DNA of 64,000 nucleotides from Chrysomallon squamiferum (Eukaryota > Animalia > Mollusca). Shown here in pieces: positions 54,201-64,000 of this stretch (position 1 is the stretch's first letter; every line of letters begins with the position of its first letter). The translations under genes were made by a program, and so were the position numbers. The notes beneath the pieces were generated by a model. The model worked only from the letters and a program-made list of their open reading frames with translations, searched no databases and was not told the origin of the DNA. The stretch is taken from assembly GCA_012295275.1 (NCBI GenBank), contig CM022670.1:20150001-20214000 (forward strand), in the 5' to 3' direction.

Positions 54201-57200
54201 TTATTAATAACAAAAAATTAACAACACAACAATAATAATAATAAAATATTAATAAAAACATTTTAAATGTTTTTTCTTTTCATTCTTTTATTCTTCTAGT
54301 AAAATAATAATAATAATAATATTATTAAAGAGGCAAAAACAACATTACTAATAATTAAAATAACTGTGAAAGTCATAATTATATTAATATTTTAAAATAA
54401 TTTAATGTTTTTATATTTAAAATATATTGTTCATTTTTATGTTTCTTTATACGTTTGTATTTAATATCTTCAGTATTTAATAATAGTTTAACTTGACAAA
54501 ATCTATTTATCAGAAGACTTTCTTTTCAGTTATATTTTAATAAATTGCCATTTTTGTAATAAAGACAAAAACAAAATGCATTAAACCATAATATTGCTGA
54601 TATAAAATATTTTTCTAGATTGCAGCAGTAAAAATATTAATTTTTCATTTATATTTTTATGAAACTAAATTTGTCTGGGATGTATCATGACATTAATGTT
54701 GAATCAGAATAAAATAAAAACAATTCATTTATTAACTGAAGGAATGATTAATGGACAAAATAAAATATTAATGAAGTTTTTAATTAGGTGTGTAGAATAA
54801 TAATTTAATTTAAGTTAGATTTAAACAAAAATATTATAAACAAAAAATTGAGGAAGTGTCAATTTTAAAATAATTTAAACAACTATAATAAAATAAATAT
54901 AACAACAACAACTAAAGGAGCAAATGAATAATTTAAAATATACATATATTTTAAAATAGTAGAATGTTTTATTTATTTTATTTTTAAATTTTTTTAAGTC
55001 ATAAACTTTCTGGTTGTATGTTAATAAAGTGAATTCAAAAATTATACCAGTGTTTGATTTATGAACTGAATTCAGTTAAGTCTGTGTATAGAGAGAATTG
55101 AATTACAAAATGTATATTTGTATTAAACAGAGAGGGAAAGAGAAGGGAGAGATAGAAAGAAAGGGGAAGGTTTTTTGGGAAAATCTAAGAAGGGAAATGT
55201 TAGGGAGAAAGAGAAATAGTTGAACTGAAGGGAGATGGAAAAGAGAATACCAATGGAAGAGTGAAAAAGAAAGACAGCAAGAAAATGGCATTCTCGAGAA
55301 ATTAAATTGTCTGCATACAGATATTGAAAGTGAAAGAAATGGGAATGTTCTCTTAGTATAATGGTTTGGAGTTAAATTTAGACAAAAACAGAAAGACAGT
55401 TTATACTTCCAGAAGACAAATTACATTCAAGACAGTAGGTGAGTGCTTACTTGAAGACATAGACACATGGAATTAAATTTATTGTACAGGCTGAGTCACT
55501 GGGTGATTAGTTTTCAAAAAACAAAATGGCAGATACTTGAAAGAGGTCATAGTTCTTGGAAATACGTGTGTACAAAATAACATTCTGTTATCATGTCTGA
55601 CTGATTTTTTTTTTCCTCTCTGCTTAATCTGCACACAACAGTTTTTAGGTTTGCATGTCAACATCAGGAGTTGCCTAGACACCCCCTGTCTAAACTTTCA
55701 CGCTTGTAATCCAGCAGGTCTGCAGAGATCCAGGGGGGTAATCTTCTTGATCATTCATGTGGTCAGGTGTATTTTGTACATTATGTCTCGTGTCACGTTG
55801 GTTGTGGTAGGACAGTATGTCATTTTGACAGATGTTTTAATTACAGACTTTACAGGCATTATTTTTACTAGAAGATGTCAACTCTTTTGTTTTTCCTAAT
55901 GACATTTTATTTTTTGTTAAATTTTAAAGATAAGCATATTTATTATTATTTTTTTATTATTATTATTATTATTATTTTTTTAAGTAAATTGTTTTATACA
56001 CCATAACAATAAAGAAAGATAAACTTAGTTTTCAATTTTGTATTTTGTTTTCAGTTTTTGTTTTATAAAATAGAAATATTTCTGTCAGTGGCATCAAAAT
56101 TTAATATATTTGTTTTTGAATAGTAATATTATTTGTAAAAAAAAAAAAAAAAAAAAAAAGATAACATATTTCTATTAAATTTTATAAAACAAAAGGAAAA
56201 AATCTGTGATGTCTTTGATGGTTACATTTATTTTATATTTTTGATTATTTATTTATTTACAAAAACAATAGTAGACATTTATTATTAAAAAATAACTGTA
56301 ATAAAGGTGAATATTATTTTTGTAGTTTACTTTTCACAATCACCCATTTTGTGAAAATATAAACAACCGTTATAATATTATTTATAAAAATACTAACCTC
56401 CATATTAATAAAAAAAAATAGTATAGAATTTGTCACATCCATTAATTTATTAGTTTTAGAATTCAGTTTGTCATTCTGATTAGAATTTCTGAAATTTATG
56501 TATTTCCTGTATATCTGTAGTTTTATTATATTATTTAAGAAAATAACTTTGATAGCTTGTGAAAAGTATTTTAAAATGAACAGTTTATTTTTCACCACTT
56601 ATACATACATACATACATACATACACACGTATATATATATATTTAATATTAGAATAAAGTAGATGTATAAAATATCTGATCTGCATCCTCTGTATAATTC
56701 ATAGATTTATCATTGACTATTACACATAGCCTATTTTTTATATACTACAAACCAAAATCATTTTGTTATTTAGGAAAATGTTAGCCTCCATAAATGACAT
56801 AATTTAAGAAATGTTTTGTGTCGGTATCATGATTATAATTTTCAGTACTATGCTGAAAATACTTGTTTCAGAGTTTCAGAGCTGTAATCACCAATACTGA
56901 GATTTTTTATTTACATTCTTTTCTATTTATTTATAATATATTATTGTTTTTGTTGTTGTTGTGTTTTTTTTGTTGTTTTTTTGTTGTTTTTTATCTATTA
57001 TAAACAGGACTTGACTGTTAATGTACACAATATTTGTTGAATAATGGGGTTTTTATTTTTTAGATTGCTGACATTTGTTTATATTGTGTCAAACCACCCC
57101 CACTAAAAAAGTGAAACAAAATAATAAAAATTGAAACTAAAACAAGTTTAATTATGTAATTTACTTCTGACTCATTTTAATTAAATGTAGTTGCTGATTT

Positions 57201-60200
57201 ATTTATTTTTATTTTTATATATATGTATATACATTTTAAGCCCGAAAAATCTTTTTTTAAAATATATTTCATTTGAAGCAGTTACCTATGTTTAGTTTAT
57301 TACAATTAACATAGTTATTATTATTATTATTATTATTATTAATTTGGGGGGGAAATCTATATTTATCCATTATATCAATATTTTAAACATTGTTTACATT
57401 TATTTATTTACATATTTATTAATTTCTATCAGTATTTTTTTAGATTATTTTTCCATTATCTTGTTTGCTCTTTTATCTTTAAAATATTTTTAAAATTATA
57501 AAATAAATGAAAAGTAAATAACTGATTCTTTTAAAAATAAAACAAAAATAATAATAAATTACTATCAGTAATGAATAGAAAAAAATTAATGATAAATTTA
57601 ACATAAAACATTTTGATAAAAAACACAAGTATATTCTCTTCAGTTAATTTTAAATAAATAAAACAAAACAAAACAAAACAAAAAATAAAAAAAAACAAAC
57701 CCCATGTGTTTTCCTTTAAATTAATTTTAAGTAAGTAAACAAACAAACAAATAAAAAACAATAAAAAACAACAACAATAGGTCAACACTGTCAACAGTTA
57801 ATTATTAAGAGAAATAAAATTTAAATGTAAAATAATGTTTTACAAACAATCAGCATTTGTATTATTGCTAATTAAAATTAAAATAAACTAATTAAATAAA
57901 AAAACAACAACAAAACAAGAAAAACAAGAAAAACCAAAAATCTTTTTTAAAGAAACAAAACATTAGAAAAATCATTTCGATCTTACATCAAAGACATTAA
58001 TCAGAAATGGCTGTAAAATCATTACAAATTTTTATTCCATCTATTAGATTTTTTCCTCAGCCATCCCTGTTCATTCTTGCTGTTTAATATTAATCACATG
58101 TCAACTGAAAAAGCAAATGTCATGTGATGTGTATAATTGTTCAAGGTGTTTGCTTTAATGTTAAACTTTTCTCCTGTCCACAGACCGATGCATTAACTTT
58201 GATGCACCATTATCTTCAACTGTTCAGGTGTAAATAATAATCAGGAGCACAGTTAGCTGTGTACACAAGAAGTGACAAAGAAATGACCACTGGCCATCTG
58301 TTAGGATGGACAGTAGGAAGTGGGTCACTATCTTCTAATATCAGCCTTTTTTTTAATGTTTATTTGTTAGGACTGAATGTAACATTTTAGAAATGTCTGT
58401 GTCGTCTGTTTTCATTATCATAATTATTATCATAGTTATTTTGGTAGAAATATTTATGGCTTGTTTTATAATGAAGTAAATAATGTTATAATTTAGAAAC
58501 ATTTCAGTGTGTTGCTTCTTTTTTTAATGTTTGATTTAACGTTACTATACTCAATACTACAATATTGGTGTTTTTTTGTTTTTTTTTTTTATTATTATTA
58601 TTCTTTTACTAACATCATTTTAGGTTTTAAATATGTTAGTAATAAGTTGGTAACAAATTTTATTTTATTTGTATTAAAAAGTTTAATTTAAAAGCAGATT
58701 GCCCTTAAATATCGGAAGTTGAAAAACAAAAACAAAAATGTTATAGAGAGTTTTTATACTAATATTTTACAACAGTGTGTAAGGGTAGTGATAATTCAAC
58801 AGCAGTTTGACATACTCACTCACACAACTGAGGGACACTAAAACCAAAATAGATTACTGACACTGGTGTGGCTCTCTGATAGGTGTTCAGGAAACTGAAG
58901 TTTGTAGACCTTATATATAATTATGTAACACAGGATTAATTTTATATATGTATATTGTATTACAAAATTAAGTTTGCTAAAAGTGTGAATGGGATGGGAA
59001 AAGTAAGGAAAAAATATAAAAATATAAATAAAAATGACTATTAAATTATTCTTAGCACATTTTTTCAAGAATACTGATTATAACAGTTTACTTATGTAAT
59101 AATTGAACTGTTGCAAAAATTGTATGGCAGATATTATTAAAATTCACTATGATCTCTGTTAAAAGCCCCTATAATGAAAAAAAAAAAATGTTATGGAATT
59201 GCAGATCAGTTTAAATTGTGGCAGAGATCACTTATAAACAAAATTGTTTTTATCGGTTTCATTTTAAACATTTCTCATTGTTTGACCTCGCATGGAAAGA
59301 GGAAGCCCCCCTTGAGTGAAATGAGGAAGTACTTACTGTTATTGTTACAAATTGGTCAAAACTGGTGTCCACTTTCAGGGTTAAAGCCAGGCTGGCTGGT
59401 TTTCACTGGTTATGTAAACGTTCCCATCTTTTGTAAGTTAATATGCATTAGGAAATGTTTGCTAGCATTGAAGTGTTGCGAATTCCACCCTGTCTCATTG
59501 TATAGACGTTGGATATCCGTTGGGAGAGTTTTTCTCAATCACAGTGAGCCTATTGACAGAATACCTGAGATGACTTTATTTTTTTCCTGTTATTATTTCA
59601 GACTTTGAGAAATACTAATTCAAAATAATTTGCACAAGTTGTGAATGCTAAGTTTATAAATAAACAAAACTATATTTATTGAAGGATTTTGGTTTCTTGC
59701 ACATGTAAGTATAAATTTTTTCTTTTTTTCAGAATAATAGTTCTTGGATAATGGCAGTAAATGTTAATATTATATCCAGGCTACAGAGCTGTCACTAGAA
59801 AATGATTTTTAAATCTGATTTTGGACACAGTATGTGAAGTTATAGTTTAATGTTAATCAGAATTCTTCAGTAATTTGCATAGAAAATAACTGTATTACGT
59901 CCTTACAAAGTTTATAAAAATAAAGAGATTATTTGTCAGTAAAATTATAAAAATATCTGGCCAGTTATTATATACAACATGTTATTATATTGATCTAAAA
60001 TTATTTTTAAAATATTGCTCTAAAAAATAAAATAAATAAATTAATTAATTTTTTTTTAAAATGTTACATAATATTAAAGATATGTAATATATTGCTTATT
60101 CACAATAATAACCTTTTCAAAAAATTGTTGGATCATATACATCATAATTATATATTATTTTATACATTACAGAGTAGAGGAAAAATAATAGATATGTAAT

Positions 60201-60959
60201 GCTTTATAATTACCCTTATAAGCATCTTAACCATGTATTAAACAAACAACTTCCCCAAACATATATATATATAAAATAAGTTGGTTTTGTTTTTAATAAT
60301 TACAAGTATTGTATTTCATCACATTATGATATATATCACATATCAGAATTATAGCTTGTTGCGTTTGAACAAGTACAAAGCAATCACATACAAATAATTT
60401 AAATGTACTGGGCAACATAGCTTACATGTAAATATATGTTAATATTTACTTAAGTATGTTGAAAGCATCCTGGCTCATATAAATTGATTTCAGTTTATAA
60501 ATATATGTAAATATTTATCCTAATTCCATAAAAGCATCAATTTTTCCAAATCAGTTAACAGCATTTATAAACAAATAGAAGGATTGAAAAACATAACAGT
60601 TATTTTTAAGTGAATGCATTAGATCAGTAAAACAAGCTGTTATCTCGAATATTGTCAGTTATTCAGTATCTTTTGTATTTTCAACATCACTTGTTTGTGA
60701 CATCCACAGAGACTGGCTTGATGAACATCACTAGTGTTTTATACAGTTTCATACAGCTATGATTAGCCATGTCCTATCTTATTAAGATTCATTGTTTTTA
60801 AATACCAGTAGAAGGTAATATTGTCTTAAAATAAAAAACACTGAACTTTTTATAGTTATGTTTGTTTTTATTTTTAATTTTTTAAAATAATACAGATCAA
60901 ATGTAGTCCACATCAGGTAACATTTAGGATCCTGGATTTTTGTTTGTTTTAAAATTATT

Positions 60960-60961
<2 letters not shown>

Positions 60962-61008
<47 letters not shown>
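60962..61008. repeat. (CA)n microsatellite
   Basis: Direct reading. Confidence 0.95.
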
Positions 61009-61009
<1 letters not shown>

Positions 61010-64000
61010 TCATATAGGATTTTTTATTTATTGGAAAAACAAAATGCAGTATAGATAAGCAGGCTGTCACTTAGTGGCTAGTGTACAGGACAAAAGTGTG
61101 ATAGGTATCCATGTCAGTTCTGATTAGCAGAACTACTGGACTATACATTCTGCATTGATAACACATTTTTGCTGACATAATTTTGAAAATCTTTCCACAT
61201 TGTATAATATATATTTATATATTTTTAAATAATGTTCTAACAAACTATCTTAGTTAAAATTGGGACAGTGTTTTTGTTTACTTTACAAAACCTCTCCAAT
61301 CTCTATCATACATTTTTTTTTTTTTTTTTTAAAAAGCCATAAACCATCTTAGCTAACATAAGACAGGATTCTCTATTTTAAAACTATATAAACCTCTCCA
61401 AGCAGCCTTGCTTCAAGTACTTGGAATAATGCGTAGGAAGTACTGGTCGTGCTTGCATGCCTAGTGGTCACTTCTGGTGTATTTTCTTTGCAAACATATT
61501 TGTGGCAATCAAATTGAAGGCAATAATACTCCACAATGGCAAACATGTTATTAAAACAGCACTTTCTTTTCGCTATAATGGGCCTGCCAAAATAATGTCA
61601 AAGTTTTGATGTATGTTTCATGTTGGGTGAGAGGGCTCTTGTTTTTACCCGAACCAGTTGTCTTTCGAAAAAGCTTTTTATTCATTCAGTTACTTGTTGT
61701 GGGTTGTCAAGTGCATTACTTGCATTCACAATTACTTCAGTTTAAAAAAAAAATAATAAAAAAAATACTTGTAATGGCTTTTTACTGCAGTTTGCTTTTT
61801 GTTGCTGTCAGAAAATAAAGTTTTGTGGAAAAAAGATCTCAGGAAGTGTAATTTACATAAAATTGATTTATTAATGCCATTATTGTGAACTGCACTTGTA
61901 ATGTTTGATTTCGGACTCAAGTGTGAAGTTTTATTAAAGGTCTCGAGCATAATACTTAGTACAGAGATTTATTTACTTTTTATTTAGTCAGCACAAAATG
62001 TACCAGTTGGTCACAGATTGCTGATGCTGTATTGTAAAGAAATAGGAAAAGTGGTTCTAAAAGTGAACACAATAAGAAATTCTAAAAATTCAATATATAT
62101 ATAATGTCATAACTATTTATAAAAGATGGAAGTGACCTGTTTGTGTTTTCATGATAATGAAGATTAAGAGTATGCTGCTGATTATTTATTATTGTTATTA
62201 TTATTTATTGTCATCATCACTGACATCTGTATTATTATTCTCTATTCATTATTATTTATTTATCAGGCATTAATAAATTAGAACTGAACATATTTAAAAA
62301 GTTACTTATGATGTAAATTTTAACTGAATTGAGTTAAACTTATTTTGATCAAGTGGAATTTAATTTCAGTTAATTCATTTTACTATCTGCAGCAGTATTG
62401 TGTTACAGTAACTGTATATTTATTACACATTAATTCAATATTATGTAATCTGTTAACAGAGAGTATAATTTACTTTTTCTGTGTCTGTCTGTCCTACCCT
62501 ATCCTACAAACACACCTGTATATTAGCATTTTTAATATGTTTGTGTGTATTTATATAATTATGCATAATTGTATTTATAACTATATGTGTATGTATTGTT
62601 TGTGTATGCCTGTGTGTGAATATGTGTGTGTATTAAAAAAAGGATTATGTGTTACATAATTCAAGTTATATTCTGTGAGAAAGGAAAGATTTGGAAAGAT
62701 AGAAATATATATTCAGTATTGTTATGTAAGACAAATAAGATAATGACAGACAAAGAGAGAGGAATTAGATGTATGAATGGAGAGAATGAAATAGATTCAT
62801 TATGAAATTGAAGTGGAAATAATTTAGAAATATGAAAGTATTAGCATTTTATTTTTCTTGCTATTTTATTTGGAAAACAGCAAGCTATTACAGGTTAAAT
62901 GATTAGCATAACAGACTAGGGGATATCAGTTTAATAATAAACATTAATAGTCAAATATTTTGGAAACTGTTCTTTCACGGGCAGAATGTTACTCAATTCA
63001 TTCTTGTCAAAATGAAGTTGTGCTATCGACTCTCAGAGGCTGAAATTACTTCTCTGAACACAATATTAATTATTTATAAATGCACTCCCAAATGAAGATT
63101 AAAATTACAGGTAAATGATTTATATGTGTAAGGTAATTCTGGAGTGCATGCTTCACATGTGCAAGCACATCCACATATGTAAACTTGTTAAAAATACAAC
63201 AGCAAGTGCACGGCATACTAAAAGTATATTTTCTCTCTTAAATAAATTTATATGCCTGCGTAACTTTAATCCACATTTTTGAAAATAATGAATATGTCAT
63301 GATATAAATAATGTATTTAGGTTCATCCCTTGATGATAATAAAACAACCAGACTTTTCTATTCATTTATTTAGAGATAAATTGTGATAACAGTTTGCAAA
63401 TAATTGTAGGGTTTTTCTGAATTTTTTTCTTTTGACTTTTTACTGAATTAGTTTTCTAATATACAACAAAGCATTCGATGGATAATCTTTTATCTTTTGT
63501 TCCCGTTGTTAAACATGTTTATGTATATCAAATAACAAAAACTAAATTCCAAATGCAATCTGTTGGAAACTTACAGTGTAAGTAGAGCATACAATGATAT
63601 GCAGTTTTTTTTTTAGGGTGAAATGCAGTTTTTACTTTATTGTACAACCCCCACTGCAAGTCGTCATAAAAGTGAAGTAAGCTTCAAAGTTTTTTTAATC
63701 TGGCTCAAACAACAAAACTATTGTGGACAGCCTTGTCACCAGTTGGTGATGTTAACTAAGATAGTATGGTGAATCTAGGTTTCTATAAACTAGCTCTGAC
63801 AATAAAAATAAACACACTCTGTGACATAATGCTTTCATTTTCAGAATTAAAATTTTAAACAGATTTTAACAATTTAAACACAGTTTGTATGTTTTACCTT
63901 TCTGTCACCAAAACAATAAAAAATGTTGCTGTAACCAAAATTAAAACTGTTTGAATATTAATTAATGCAATACCAATAATATGATACTTTAGTTGATTGA

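Noticed and set aside
59174-59608. Longest ORF in the track (144 aa)
   Set aside because: Starts in an A-run, has no recognisable domain or convincing splice boundaries, and overlaps a motif-rich island better explained as non-coding.

Overview
AT-rich (by eye roughly 25-30% GC), CpG-depleted, microsatellite-rich eukaryotic DNA, probably from an invertebrate animal (a mollusc-like genome is plausible, by inference only). I found no prokaryotic operon, CRISPR array, rRNA or intact tRNA, and none of the supplied ORFs is a protein I recognise; most are low-complexity artefacts. The window looks mostly intronic or intergenic. Well-supported structures: (1) a 985-bp whole-length palindromic foldback/Mutator-like element at 11636-12620 with subrepeat-built termini and a degenerate 9-bp TSD; (2) a near-identical ~450-bp tandem duplication at 29432-30512; (3) a perfect 26-bp-arm hairpin at 48107-48163; (4) several degenerate minisatellites, SINE-like remnants and microsatellites. 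More tentative: the 5' end of a large + strand gene (UTR donor at 15962; uORF-rich start exon 19198-19337 encoding MEEIIEKKRSMSPDPATDLE; possible alternative start exon MALDM at 44904-44918), followed by >40 kb with regularly spaced GC/CpG-elevated, TF-motif-rich islands, and a possible divergent spliced non-coding transcript on the - strand at 1.7-15 kb. The sequence alone does not establish a novel biological system.
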